A stretch of DNA of 64,000 bases from Octopus sinensis (GCF_006345805.1 NC_043007.1:30380001-30444000), one strand, 5' to 3'; counted from the stretch's first letter, positions 39,233-53,484 are shown. Numbers and translations: made by a program. The notes: a model not told the origin generated them from the sequence alone.

Positions 39233-40680
39233 GTCTACCTGTGTATTTTTCCCTTTCGGTATGCGCCTTTAATTCTGAATCTCTTTCTAGTTCAGTGTGA
39301 TAGAGGAAGAGAGCGATAAATATAGAAATATTAAAGAGACACTGGTGGAGTAAGAAAAACAGAGTGCTTGACGTCACACAAATGTAGTGCCGGTATTGCC
39401 ACAATTGCTCTCTATCTCTCCCTTTCCGCGCTCTCTATTCATGCCTCTCCTTAAATGTGTGCCTCTCATTTTCTGTCTATCACTATTTTACTTCAATTAT
39501 TATTGTTATTACATTCGTGCCTGTGATAAAAAGTAGCACTCCCGAATATGATGAATAAATCAGTCACCGTTCTATGAATAGCCAACGTTTAACCTAACAC
39601 TCAGTCTTCGTACGACTGATACGTACGTTGTTGACTGCATCCTACTTTAACTCCTGAAAGAAGAGTCAGGAGAAAAACGTGAAGTAATTTGCTTCATTTT
39701 TCGCCTCATAAGTATACAGAGGCATGCACAGAGAGGACGGACAAAAAGAAGTCAGAAAAAAAAGAAAAAAAAAACAGATAAAAGATGCTGAAATAGAATT
39801 TCTAACAATATTTGAATGGCAAATAATCTCTTCTGCATTCTTTGGTAGAAGAGGAATTTGATGTCGTCCATTTTGATTTAATCTTAATTCTAACCCCTTC
39901 GGAAAATGGTACGATAAAATCTTCAATTCCATACTTCGTTTACAAAGATATACATGCATACTTTATATACATACATACATACATACATACATACATACAT
40001 ACATACATACATACACACGTACGCGCGCACACATACATACACACACACACATATATAAACATTGATATAGGCATGTGAATGTTCGTGTGTAATCGATAAA
40101 CTTACATGACTTGAGGCAATATAATTTATCAATGCAATCGATCGAGATATTTATACACTAAGACCTCACAACAACTTCATAGGCCGATGCTGTGACAATA
40201 AGTCTACCGTGAATTATATAAATGAGAAATGGAAGTGATGGATATTCAAATAAACACCATAAAGCAAACTTGCAATATTCACCGCAAATTCTCTCGTGGG
40301 ACAACGAGATGTATCGACAACCGTTCGCCTCGTCAACCACTTTTGGAGAGACACAATGTCGGTTTGTTGTGCAATGTATAATAGCAAGTGGCTTCAACTG
40401 GTAATTGGTGTAAAATTTGACCAGGAACATTGAGCAGGCACGAAACGGTCATTTCTTCATATATCAACGAGATATGTACCTGTCAAAGAAAGGTAATGGA
40501 ATGTAGCTTGGAAGTGGTCCACTGGGAAGATAATCATTTTGGGAAGTTTAAATGACTGCTGAGAGAGGAGGAGGAAAATTTCAATGAACTTTGTAAATAT
40601 GATTCATAATTTCACCTGCTCGAAATATTTAAGACTAAGATTTGACAGTCACCAACATTAGATATATATATATATATATA

Positions 40681-40749
<69 letters not shown>

Positions 40750-40901
40750 ATTTGCCTGCGGGAGAAGTTTTGGATATGCAAATAAAGCTCCTATTCCATC
40801 ATGCTGGCCCCAATCTAAAGATGCTGACTGGCGAACCAGTATTTTGGAGCTGCAGCAAGCAATATTTATCTATATTGCTATAAGATAAATATAGTAATAA
40901 A

Positions 40902-41368
40902 AACAATAATCGTTGGATGGAACTTATAAAGATTTAATGCATCGCTACATGTGTTTCCATAAATTACATGTCATCTTAAGAGAAATTCGTATTCCTAAGA
41001 TGATTACTATGTAGTCCGTAGTGTACGTGATCATCGGGTTGATCATCTTTATGGATTCATTTCTTCAGGCGATATAATATTAATAAATGTTTAACTGAAT
41101 GTTTGACCAGAGAGAAGGTTGATTTCCCTTCAAATCAAAAGGAATAAACATTGAAAGGTATAAGCATCCCACAAGTAAGAATCCATTAATGTTATAACGC
41201 CTGAAGAAATGAATCCATAAAGGTGATCAACCCGATGGCCACAGATACTACGGACTACACTGTAATCATCCCAGGAATATGGACTGGGATCTTAAGAGAC
41301 ATGAGATTTGTGGAAATGCGCGTAGCGATGCATTAAATGTTTATAAATTCCATCCAACGATTATTGTT
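40902..41368. mobile_element. MITE/foldback element with about 180-bp imperfect TIRs
   Basis: 40902-41083 is the reverse complement of 41186-41368; spacer about 100 bp. Confidence 0.8.
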
Positions 41369-41389
41369 ATTAGTAATATATATATATAT

Positions 41390-41790
41390 GGCGTGCTGGC
41401 AGAAACGTTAGCACGCCGGAAGAAATGCCTAGCGGTTTTTCGTCTGCTGTTACGTTCTGAGTTCAAATTCCGCCGAGGTCGACTTTGCCTTTCATCATTT
41501 CGGGGTCGATAAATTAAGTACCAGTTACGCACTGGGGTCGATATAACCGACTGAATCCGTTTGTCTGTCCTTGTTTGTCCCCTCTGTGTTCAGCCCCTTG
41601 CAGGTAGTAAAGAAATAGGTATTTCGTCTGCCACTATGTTCTGAGTTCAAATTCCGCCGAGTTCGACTTTGCCCTCCATCTTTTTGGGGTCGATAAATTA
41701 AGTACCAGTTGCGTACTGGAGTCGATCTAGTTGACTGGCCTCCTCCCCCAAAATTTCAGGCCTTGTGCCTATAGCAGAAAGGTTTATTAA
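41390..41790 (+). mobile_element. SINE family B head-to-tail dimer
   Basis: Junction gtagtaaagaaataggtatttcg at 41605-41630. Confidence 0.88.
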
Positions 41791-42470
41791 TATATATATA
41801 TATATATATATATATGTAAAAGTACTGCGGTGGGCTTGTTTGACTAAAATCTTTCTCAGCCCTCCCCAGCATCACTGCGGTCCAATGACTGAATCGAATT
41901 AAACATAAGATTTTGAACCATGCTAAAATGAGTACCGATCACTTACTCTGCTTTCACCTCTTTTCCTTCTCTCTCACTTTCTCTGTTTCTCCCTCCCATT
42001 CTCTCTCTCTCTCTCGACATTAGGAAAACATATTATTGAGTTAAAAAAGAAATATTTAATATTTCCCTCTTCTCTAATGTTTTTAATTCTCTAATTGTAT
42101 AAATAGATTTTACAATTCATTTTGACAGAAAGTTCATCAATTCTTAATTAGAAATTAATGGTAAAAGCATTTTAATGAAGAAACAAAATAATGAAATCAA
42201 CCTAATAAAATGTTATTTACAAGTATTTTATCTTCCCTGAATATATTTTTAACACTTTAGATCGAGTTTCCTCGAAGCTTTCATCCTCTCACTCTCACTC
42301 TCTCTTTCCCCACGCATCTTACAAACTTCCCCTCGTTCTCGCAGTTTCTTTCTCTCCCTCTTTCTCCTTATTTCTCATGCCCCTCTTTCTCTCTCAATCT
42401 CTTTCTTTCGCTCTCTCTTGTTTTCACAGTTTCCTCCTTTCACTCTTTTTTCTTATCTTCTTTCACACAT

Positions 42471-42517
<47 letters not shown>

Positions 42518-43035
42518 GTTTTCTTTCTTTCTTCACCCCTCTCCTTAGAATGATTTTTCTCTCCTGATGCGTCCTTCATAACTTCAATCATTTTCAAGTA
42601 CACATTCTGTCCGTCTGTCTATGTATCTCATCATACGACTCCTTCTTCTTCGCCACATAATCATCAATATTATATATTTAAATTTAAATTACCTCTCTTT
42701 CTTTCTCACTCTGTGCATATAAATATGCTTGTGTGTGTGTGTTGTGTGTGTGTCTATACATGTATACGTATTTATATTTGCATATATATATGTGTGTGTG
42801 TATGTCTATATGTATGCATGTATTTAGGTAGGAATAGAGAGGAACAGAGAGAGAGAGAAAGAGAGACAGAGGCAGGAAGAGATGGAAATGAGATGGAATT
42901 TTTTCGTTATTTGAGTAGTTCTTTATCAAGCAATCGAAACACTGGAAGGCACACTTATATATCTATTTATTTATCTATCTATCATTCTATCTATCTTTAA
43001 GCTTGTCTGACTGTCTGTCTGTGTGCGTGTGCTTA

Positions 43036-43068
<33 letters not shown>

Positions 43069-43102
43069 ATCAGGCATTTGAAGTTCCCCGGCCATATAAT
43101 TG

Positions 43103-43356
43103 CCACTCCGTCGCTTACGACGACGAGGTTTCCGGTTGATTCGATCAACGGAACAGGCTGCTCGTGAAATTAACATGCAAGTGGCTGAGTACTCCACACA
43201 GCTCCCAGGTCCTTTCAAATACAAGTACTACTCATTTTTGCCAGCTGAGTGAACTGGAGCAACATGAGGTAAAGTTTCTTGCTGAAGGACACAACGCATC
43301 GCCAGGAATCGAACTCGCCATGAGCCGAATTCCCTTACCACTACGCTACGCGCCTT
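43103..43356 (-). mobile_element. tRNA-headed SINE family D
   Basis: See 23418 copy; minus-strand head gtagcgtagtggtaag...gagttcgattcctgg. Confidence 0.65.
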
Positions 43357-43856
43357 CACTCCTGGTCATATACAAGATGTAAAAGCTTAAGTAAGTCTCC
43401 CTCTTACTGAAGACCTCTTCAGGTAATCAAGTCTTGGCTGGAAAAATAAGACGGGATAGTCACGACCGAAAAGTCTTTTTTTATTCATAGTCACAATTTA
43501 GATGGATTGGGGATTAAATAGCATGAAAGATGAAGAGTCTTCGAGGATGATATGCGATCAACGCAGAAGAGCAACCAATTCTCGGTGAAATTTCCCCTTT
43601 CTCAGTGAAAACTTCCCGTACCAACCCACCTGAAACCTCCGCTAGTTGCATGAAGTGATCTAAAGCCTTCTATTAAAATTTTATGTTAATTCATGTTACA
43701 AACAGACCAACAAGTACGAATTTATTCTGCATTATTTAAAAAATTGAGCCAAAATCAATGCTTTATATAAGTATATGGTAATAAAAAGGGCAAGGAAAGA
43801 CAGATAGCCTAGTAATGGAAACTGTATAAATAAGATGACATTGGCCATAGGATTAA

Positions 43857-43878
43857 TGAGAAAGAGAGAAAGAGAGAG

Positions 43879-43915
<37 letters not shown>

Positions 43916-43917
43916 AA

Positions 43918-43972
<55 letters not shown>

Positions 43973-43998
43973 AAGAAAGAAAGGAAAAGAGAGAGAGA
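43857..43998. repeat. (GA)n/(GAAA)n polypurine tract
   Basis: Direct reading. Confidence 0.95.
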
Positions 43999-44342
43999 GA
44001 ATATAATAGTATGAACCAACAACGGAGTTCCCGTGGAAAGAAAAGGTTGACAAGATAATCTTGGAAATATTATTGGTCTTCCTATTAGAATGACTTTGAT
44101 CAAAAGTTTGCCCAAATATGGTTTGTGAGTTTGACTGCAACTATCCTTATATCTGCAGAATAAAGAGGCGCAGGTTGAGGATAGCAGAGGTTCGTAGTCC
44201 TAGCGAGAAAAAAATTGAAGTTTTATTTTTGGTCCTGGGGTAGGAGAGGCAATGCGTAACTGGTGAGTCGATCGGGTGACGGAATAGAAGAGGAATTTAA
44301 CTTGAAGCTCCCTGTGAGGAGTAGCGACATTATTATTTGTAA

Positions 44343-44455
44343 CTTAGTATTTATTCTATCGGTCTCTTTGGCCGAACCGCTAAGTTACGGGGACGTAAAC
44401 ACGCCAGCATCGGTTGTCAAGCGATGTTGGCGGGATAAACACAGACACACAAACA
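44343..44455 (-). mobile_element. SINE family A internal fragment
   Basis: ttctatcggtctctttggccgaaccgctaagttacggggacgtaaacac. Confidence 0.85.
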
Positions 44456-44487
44456 CACACTCATATATGTGTGTGTGTGTTGTGTGT

Positions 44488-44617
44488 CCCTTTCTGTAGA
44501 AGAGCGTAGGCTCGAAACGTAGAATACTTTTTCTATTCCTGAGCGTTATACTAATACATCTGTTTGTTTTATACACCACCTGCCTTCGTCTTTTGTTTAT
44601 TTTCGTAAACTTTCCCT
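44488..44617 (+). mobile_element. PLE pLTR-like repeat, HHR family 3
   Basis: Contains UUU-CUGUAGA-A-GAGC-GUAG-GCUC-GAAACGU-A-GAA at 44491-44524. Confidence 0.65.
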
Positions 44618-44622
44618 ATATA

Positions 44623-44671
<49 letters not shown>

Positions 44672-45699
44672 CAGATGTGTGTGTATGTATGAGTGTGTGT
44701 GTGCTCGCGCTTATTCATACATACGCACAAACACACATATCCGCACACACATTTTATATCATACATATATATTTATGTATGTGTGTGTGTATGTGTGTGT
44801 GGGTTCATTAACCTGATATCTTACATGATTCCAGCGATAATAATTTCCATTTTGTTCCTTAATGGTCATATTTATCGACGCACTTTCATTTATTAATATC
44901 TTCGTTCATATTACGATTATTATCGATACGCCATAATATCGTTGCTACTATTATTATTATTATTACAATTATCATCATTATCATCATTATCATCTTTATT
45001 AAAAGCAGCGGCAGTGGCAGCAGTAACAGTAGTTGTTGTAGTAGTAGAATGTAGTCTGGATGATGGTGACATTGATTGTGATGGCAAATTCAATAATTTC
45101 TCGAAAAATAGTTAATATAGAGTGTCTTTAGTACATCTACTTCCGACCATTCTCTCCCTTAATTCACCCTCTTCTGTCACACTCTCCCTCTCTTTCTCTC
45201 CTATTCTCTCGCTCCTTTTCCTCTTTCACACACACACACACACACATATACACATGTTCGCTTCTGTAATTTTTCATGCTTCATTGTGGTATAATTTTTC
45301 ATTTTTTTCCTAATCGTCAGCAAAAACTTGCGAACAGATAATCGTGCGGACATGCTTGTATATACATCTATAATATATAGATAGGACGATTTCTAAGTAT
45401 GTTATGTTTCAACATGTTCGTGAAAGCACGCGTATATATAAGAGGAAAGAAAGCTCTAGCCAATATACATTCGCTGTTATATGTGTAGTTAGACGCAAAA
45501 TAAATATTCATGCGGACATCACATTGCAGCTGTTTCTAAGTTGGAAATAAATGGAAACAAATATATATTTTCTTTCTCTCCGTAAATATACAAATGGATC
45601 TACATGATCTGCTTCGAAAGTCACTTGGTCTGTTCGGAGGAAGAACGCCACACAGGTTGTTCACGGAAAGAAATATAACTAGTAGCTGTGTCTATATAT

Positions 45700-45766
<67 letters not shown>

Positions 45767-45768
<2 letters not shown>

Positions 45769-45978
45769 GGAGTACACATAAATGTGACACAAGGTGGAAA
45801 AAAGAGTACTCAAATACCAGTGGTAGAGTAATATGCTTTATTTTAAGCAGCAGAAAATTCAACAAAATCTGTTACTCTGAGTTTCTCGTTTGCTAGCAAA
45901 AACTGTCTGATGAACGGCAACGAGAAACTCAGAGTAACAGATTTTGTTGAATTTTCTGCTGCTTAAAATAAAATAAAG
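45767..45978. mobile_element. HHR family 1 foldback (inverted pLTR fragments)
   Basis: 45837-45890 pairs perfectly with 45919-45972; bounded by (TA)n. Confidence 0.85.
45898..45946 (+). ncRNA. Minimal type-I hammerhead-like motif, intact core
   Basis: AAAAACUGU-CUGAUGA-A-CG-GCAA-CG-A-GAAACUC-A-GAGU-A-ACAG-AUUUU; predicted cut after A45936. Confidence 0.7.
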
Positions 45979-46373
45979 TATATATATATATATATATTTG
46001 TTTGTATGCGGTGAGCGTGAAGAACGAATGTGCTCCACTTGCATAAATAATTACGTTGGTGATAGTGGGCGTTAATACACACACACACATACACGCACGC
46101 ATACATACACACGTATACACAAGCACGCATACACACACACGTATACACACTAACACACACACACACACTAACACACATACACACATGTATATACCTAGGT
46201 GTATAATATTTATAGTCTATACGTAATACAGAACGGCGTAAACATGTACGCATAATTTCTAGTATGATAAACTTAATACTACATGAAGGTTACGAAACAG
46301 CCGTTACCCAGTGAAAGTCTCCTGGTTAAATAAATCTATATTCATACCTCATACCCCCTGATTTTATGCTTAT

Positions 46374-46406
<33 letters not shown>

Positions 46407-46407
46407 G

Positions 46408-46602
46408 TTAATCCAAACAAGAAAACACAAAAAAACACAACAACACGAGGACGTGGAACAAATAAAGTATTATTGGACGCTAAGGGAAGAAGGAGGGTTT
46501 AACGTTTCGAGGGGAGCTCTTCGTCGGAAACATAGGAGAAGTAAAGATCCCGAGAAGGGAAGATAGAGGAAAAAAATCACCAACGGCACTCACAAGGTCA
46601 CA
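46408..46602 (-). mobile_element. PLE pLTR-like repeat, HHR family 2
   Basis: Copy of 8197-8400; fold at 46497-46531 with one stem II mismatch. Confidence 0.7.
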
Positions 46603-47118
46603 TATTGAAAGACCGACACATATTCTAGTGTATTTTTTAGTGATAAATTATTCACAATTTACTGAGCTCACTTGATTGTAAAAGGATTGGCAGAAACACG
46701 ACAGAGATGTCAAATTCCCTTCTGGACAACGCTTTATCTTTTAGTTTTGATGTTTACAAGGTTTTTTTCCTTAACGACATCTCCAGAACATTCTGTGCAA
46801 ACGCAAGAATTTATGATTCCGTAAAGATGTTGTCTGAACCCCACATATGACAGATGCATCATTCCTTTTGACGTTTCAGCTTGAATAGCATGGATGTCAT
46901 CACTCATAGTATTTCTGAATCTTAATGTTTCCGCGTCCACTGGCTTACTATGAAGATTGACGAATGCTGTACATTCGTGGTCTCCATGACTACGAAGGAG
47001 CCAATCTATCAATCGATGTACTGTGAGTATTAAAGAACTTAAATTACCACCGGCAGAAAACTCTGGAAATTTGAAAATAATCGCGGATATCAACGACAAA
47101 AGAATTAAACTTTTAGCG

Positions 47119-47537
47119 TTTAGTTGTTTCAGTCATTAGATCGCGGCCATGCTGGGGCACCGCCTTGAACAATTTTTATTCGAATAAATTGATCCCCGAC
47201 CCCCCGTCCTTTTGTTTTTCTTTGAAACAAAACCTTGTACTTATTCTATCGCTCTCGTTTTACCGAACTGCTAATTTACCGGGACGTAGGTACACCAATA
47301 TCGGTTGCCAAGGGGCAGAGGAAAACGCAGACACACACACACAGGCACAATCACACAGAGACACACACACACACAAAATCACACACACACACATACACAC
47401 ACACACGCACACACACATGTATATATGGCAGGCGTCTTTCAGTTTTTGTCTACGAAGTCCACTCCCAACGCTTTGGTCGCCCCGAGGTTATAGTATGTGT
47501 TTGGGATGCAAGCTTCTTACCACACGTGCACACCTCC
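47119..47537 (-). mobile_element. SINE family A, diverged full length
   Basis: Family blocks in reverse order with internal (CA)n. Confidence 0.8.
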
Positions 47538-48240
47538 ACCTCATCGCGTCTATCTAGTCAAAACAATGATAAACCGTTTACAGTGTCATTTTATTTGTTA
47601 GAAATAGCGAGTGAATATCCCTCTCATCGTCGGATAATGTCGTAAAAATAGACTCATGTAATTGAGATTACAATGTCCGGTGGGATGTCTTCAATCATTA
47701 GTCTGCTCCAATAAGACAACTGCAACAACAAAAACAACAACTACAACCACTCACAAAAGCCATAACAAAAACAAAAATGAGTATCTAAGGAGGGTGCTTA
47801 TACATGGTCAGCCTAACTACTAGAAATACCAGCGAACCTTCACTTAAATCTTACATGATAACTAAACTTATATTGGTTGGCGGGGTATGTAAAATATAAT
47901 GTCTAGAATACATAACAAGTGATAGACATGGTTTGGATATTGTTAACTATAGACCTGCTCTCTCATCACTGGTCTCAGTGAAAACGACAAAGGACAAAAT
48001 TGTAATAGTGTTTGAGATGTAGCAGACGAGCCATCATGGAGGTGAAAGGGAAACATTATTTCTTTTCCTTTGTTTAAAATGTTAGAAGATATCGAGGTAA
48101 GAAGAAGCATCATAGACTGATGTAACAAAATTGTATGATTATTTTTTGATGAATCGTATTTTGATGCAGGGCTGTACGTATTTCCCAAGGATGGTCAACT
48201 TCTGAAGAGAAATTATACAGATATGCAGATAGACAGACAG

Positions 48241-48325
<85 letters not shown>

Positions 48326-49184
48326 TATATATTAACTTTGATTTTTGTTATATATATATATATATGCAAGCTTGCATACATGTGCATGCGCATACACCAG
48401 CATATATATATACGCGCATATATATACACATATATACTCGTGTGTCTTATTCAACAATAGTTTTAATCCATTCATCTTCATTTAGATAAGTCGCAAATCT
48501 GCTCAGGCCTTTTTTAGATCTTACATTCTCCGCATTCGGTCACTTAAAGTCAGCGTGTTTGTGATTCGCATCGTAATTAGCCCAATTTGGCCGCTCAACC
48601 CAATTTATCTATGCGAGATCAAACTTCTAGAGACCTGTCCATCATTAAACGACATTATATACAATTTTCTTGTATAGATTTTCAATATGATTTCTACCTG
48701 AGGCCAGCGCCGAATACTCATTAAATTCTGTTACTGAGTTGGCGAAAGGCAGAACTACATTTCGAAAATTCTTGCATATTTAGAATACACCAACGCAACA
48801 TAATCACTGAAAGAAAATCATTCTATCAAATATTTAGAGAGGGTCCTCCACAAAACGATAATTTGGGCCTATGCCTATATTTCATTCCACAGCAACAACA
48901 CCACCACACGCAACACACACACAAACACACACATATGTGTATCTGCTGGCTTCTAAGATGCATTCATTCCTGTACAAAGTTATGCATTCTGATGTTATTA
49001 GGAACCTGTACATGTCTTTTGCGTTTAGTTGCTGATGTTGAATCCAAGTGAGCAGCTTCCAGCTCCTTCCAGACGTTGACAAGAAAGGATGGGGCAACTT
49101 TCAGAAAGCGAGTTATCTCTGCGTCTCAATACAGCGCTTTTCACGCAAAGATCACAGCGTGCCTTTTCATTTCCTGAGTCGAGC

Positions 49185-49410
49185 TGGCAGAAAAGGCGGC
49201 GAGCTGACAGGTTCGTTAGCGCGCCGGGCGAAATGCGTAGCCGTTACGTTCTGAGTTCAAATTCCGCCGAGGTCGACTTTGCCTTTCATCCTTTCGGTAT
49301 CGATTACATAAGTACCAGTTACGCACTGGGGTCGATATAATCGACTTAATCCTTTTGCCTGTCCTTGTTTGCCCCCTCTATGTTTACCCCTTTATGGGCC
49401 ATAACGAAAT
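49185..49410 (+). mobile_element. SINE family B
   Basis: ggcggcgagctg head, gcctttcatcctttcgg central block. Confidence 0.88.
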
Positions 49411-49802
49411 AATTATTTATCTGAAAAGTAAATTAAAAAAGAAATAAATGTGAAAAGGTGTCGTCAAAAGCCCTGGCACACACCCTGTATATTTGCGTTT
49501 AGTATGTTTCATTATCGACTTATTAAAAGATATCTGAAGATCGTTTTAGAGAAGACACTCTTGATTTATGTATTTAAATAGGAAGCTGTGACTGTAGACT
49601 TGAATAAAATATGTAGCCTTAAATTTATTATAGTTAAACCACATAATACGAATACCTTATTTCAACTCTCGTTCCTATCAGATCAGCTTTAAAGTTCTTT
49701 ATATTTTAGCCACGAGAATTTCTACAGGGGATCTAAATTTGCATTTTTGCTGTTTTATGTAATCGCAGTTGAGCATGACTTTTGTTGTTCTGTTTTCATC
49801 CA

Positions 49803-50135
49803 TATATTTGCGTGGACATGGCGTACAATCAGTAAATTCAGTCTTTTTACCGAAACATGGATAAAAATAAATCCACGATATTGGCTTGCCATAAATAGGG
49901 TCTAAAAACAAATTGCTCACGACGCTCACTCAAGTGGAACATCGCGGAACGATCTTCACCACGCGTGAATGGACCACATTTATGAAGGTTATGGGTAGCC
50001 GAATGATCGTATATTATTTTGAGAGCCAAGAATTTCTCTGCACTGCTTAATTCAAGATACGAACTTCTCTGTAAATGCAGACATATGGACAAATTCGTCT
50101 TATCGAACTGGAAGACACTGCCTTCTCCGGATTAA
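49803..50135 (+). pseudogene. Decayed Penelope-like GIY-YIG endonuclease C-terminus (Naiad-like)
   Basis: Single frame: YICVDMAYNQ*IQSFYRNMDKNKSTILACHK*GLKTNCSRRSLKWNIAERSSPRVNGPHL*RLWVAE*SYIILRAKNFSALLNSRYELLCKCRHMDKFVLSNWKTLPSPD* (cf. W-x-LK...W-x-I...CxLCxxEK...LNxRxE...CRH). Confidence 0.75.
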
Positions 50136-50683
50136 GCAAGTTGCATCACAGACTATGGTCTTCTCCCAGTCGGATTTTTCTACATCTGCTATATTAATTC
50201 TGATTTGAAGCCTATCGGTTTTAAGCCTCATTATCACGGACAAAGGGGATGCAATTCTTGGCTTACTTTCCTTTCTTTTCTCTTTTCTTTTCCTTTTGTT
50301 TCTTCGCTGCGTTTTCTCTTTCCAAATTGTGCATTCACATTCCTTTCGTCTTTTGTCGAGTCAGCTGATCGCCCAGCGTAATTTCTCGCTTTGTTTTTCT
50401 TTCAAATACGACCAGCCATGTTGTGCATTTCAGACTGAAGAATTGCTTGAAGGATCAAGGGATAATATACAAACACTGATGATATAATGTGTTTCAGTAG
50501 TATGGAACTAATAGCCCCTCCTTCTTTCTATACTGTATATATATATACATATATACATGTATATATATATATGTATATATATATGTATATACATGTATAT
50601 ACATGTATATATGTACATATATGTATATATATATGTATATATATAAATATATATGCACACGCATATCATATGTATGCATGTAT

Positions 50684-50738
<55 letters not shown>

Positions 50739-52355
50739 ATATATATATATGGGTTTCTGTATGTGTGCTAGTGAGTGTGTGTGTAATACTTTCTGCGTAA
50801 ATATACACCGGCCAATTATTTGCAGCAGTTATCATGTATCCTTATTAACATGAATAGTATTAGAAATAATTCTCTACCTCTCGCTCTCTCTTCCCCCTCT
50901 CACTCTCCCCATGCATTTTCTATGGTTGTTAAGAAAAGAACCCCGTGGCTAACAGCAAGTGTTACTGGAATTCCGAAGTCTTCTAACACTATGAGTGCAA
51001 CAGAAATATTTTTCATACAAATTACTTTACCAAATTTGTACTGGAAATATATATAGCTTCTGTGGCATATCCACTCACTTACTTTTCCGTGGTTCTCAAC
51101 AATGACCTTGCCAAAACCTGAAGTGGCCCTCAAAACACAAAGAAAACATGGAACTTCAAATTAGTAACTAAAGCCACAGAAAATCGAGTTGTGGTTTAAT
51201 ACAAATCGTGCGCGGAAATATGGTGCAAGCGTAGAAAGAGAATGTCGTTGGCTACACAAAAACTCTAACACAAATAATGTCGTAATTCTATTGAATTATG
51301 CAGTAACTATTCGTGTTCGTTCATTCAAAAATGAATACATGATTGCAATAAATTTGTGCAAACAAAGGCGAGTAAAATAGTAGAAATTTAATTTATGTGA
51401 TTCGATTGACAGGTGGGCGGTGGTGCTGCACAGCCAGTATTATGTTTTATATATAACAATCGAGGGAGCGTCTACATAGTTGCCTAATGTGTTAGAAATA
51501 GTAGTCAGTTTTCCCTCAGACGACAGCATGGCACTTCAAAACATGTTCCCAATATGCTCGTAGGAAAAAAAAACCTGACGATCATAGTCACGGCTGGAAC
51601 ATCTTCGACCATAGATTTGAATCGAAGCAGATACTAATAACAGCAACAACTATAACAAACACCAGCGATAGAAACTACAAAAAGAAAATGGACGCTTAAT
51701 CAAAACTCGTCATTTGTTTCGCTGGTTTACATTCTTATGAAAGATTGCTTTTTGTAGTCCATGAAAATATCGTTATTGCAACCAGTGATACTTGTATCAT
51801 TGTAATATTGAACTTACAATAAGTTACAAAGTTTCCTTTCAATTGCGCTCTCCATTACTGAAACCAACCGACACTCATACGACTTAAAGCCACAAAAAAC
51901 AGTCCCTGACTTATAATTGGTGTTGTAAAAACTAATTATTCAAAATTTATTACATAAATTTCTTAATATAAATAAATTAGGCCCATGTATGAACTGTTAA
52001 ATGTGTATTTATGATATACCTTTCACCTGCAGTCGTTTTATATTCTTTATATACTCAGGCAGTAATTAATTTCTCTAATGGGTTTGTATATGTTTGTGCG
52101 GATGTGTATGACTGTAATAATTATTTGCAACACGACAGATAGAATATGGATGGTAATTCAAATTAATACAGTTGTTAATGTTATCTGGTAGTTGTCCTTT
52201 GAGATGTGACATCGATCATCATTTGTTACTGAAAGAACGCTGGTTCACGCATGCAACCATTCACATACTCCCTTGTAGACGTACACGCATATTCTCAGAC
52301 GGGGTTGAAACGCTGTTTGATCTTTCAGTGTTGGTCACCGACCCACTTCCATTGA

Positions 52356-52405
<50 letters not shown>

Positions 52406-52707
52406 TCACCCACCACTCTTTTACACGCACTCGCACACACATTTACACGCAGAGAGTCGAAACGTTGTTTGATTTTTTGCACCCCTTCCTTCCTTATTCA
52501 TCTATCACCCCTTCCTTTCTCATTCATATCTTGTGACGGAGAAAGACACAACATATAGTAGATGATACACGGCGCTTTCTTTGCCACTTCCTCTCTCTCC
52601 CTCTCAGTCATGGCTATTACTCTCACTACTTCTCCTTCACTGAATTACTATTTTCTCTCCTCTCCCTTCACTTACAATACTGTTTCGCCTACTCTGTGAT
52701 TTTGGAG

Positions 52708-52768
<61 letters not shown>

Positions 52769-53484
52769 GCCTATATACATACATATATGTACATACCTAC
52801 ATGTATATGTATATACCTACATGTATATGTATATATACATGCTTATATGGGTACAGGATATAAAAAAACGTTGAACACAATGAGAAACGAAAACATAAAT
52901 ACAAAAACATAGAAACGAACTTCTTTGGAAAAACGAAAAAAACAGAGAAACGAGACAAACAACATAAAGAATATTCCCCTTCATCAGTTGTCCCTGTTTC
53001 ATCTACTCCGCGTTACTATCAGCACGGCGCTTTCTACTAACATATCCATGCATAGTCTTCTGCTTGTATAGGTTCATCCTTCCATCTCATGATGTATGTA
53101 TGTATGTATGTATGTATGTATGTATGTATGTATGTATGTATTTACTAGAATCCTGAACATTTATATATATATATATATATAAATTATATATATATATATA
53201 AATTAGGAAAAAACCCACCTTTTATCAATTCAATAATGAAAAAATTTAATTATACCATTTAGAAAAAATTATATCTTATAGAAAATTTAAATATGAGATA
53301 AAACATATACCAATAATTAAGTAATGTGCAAAATAATAAATAAAACGTATATATTTGGTAGAATATATATATCTGTGTGTGTGTGTATACATACATGTAA
53401 ATTTATAAATCAAGAAGATGAAATGAAGCAGCTTTAATCACAAAACACAACAATTGTTTCTGTACATTATACACAAATATGCCA

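Noticed and set aside
41195-41240. CUGAAGAA in the foldback arm
   Set aside because: No correctly placed GAAA or stems.
48600-48850. Possible Naiad RT remnant (HYIQF...DFY) upstream of the 49.8-kb endonuclease
   Set aside because: Too degenerate to call by eye; needs tBLASTn.
50420-50470. CUGAAGA followed by a CUUGA/UCAAG hairpin downstream of the PLE endonuclease
   Set aside because: GAAA is disrupted and stem I is absent; at most a relic.
52848-53010. A-rich repeat-like block with CUGAUGA on the minus strand
   Set aside because: GAAAC lies only 8 nt upstream of the core, incompatible with any HHR topology.
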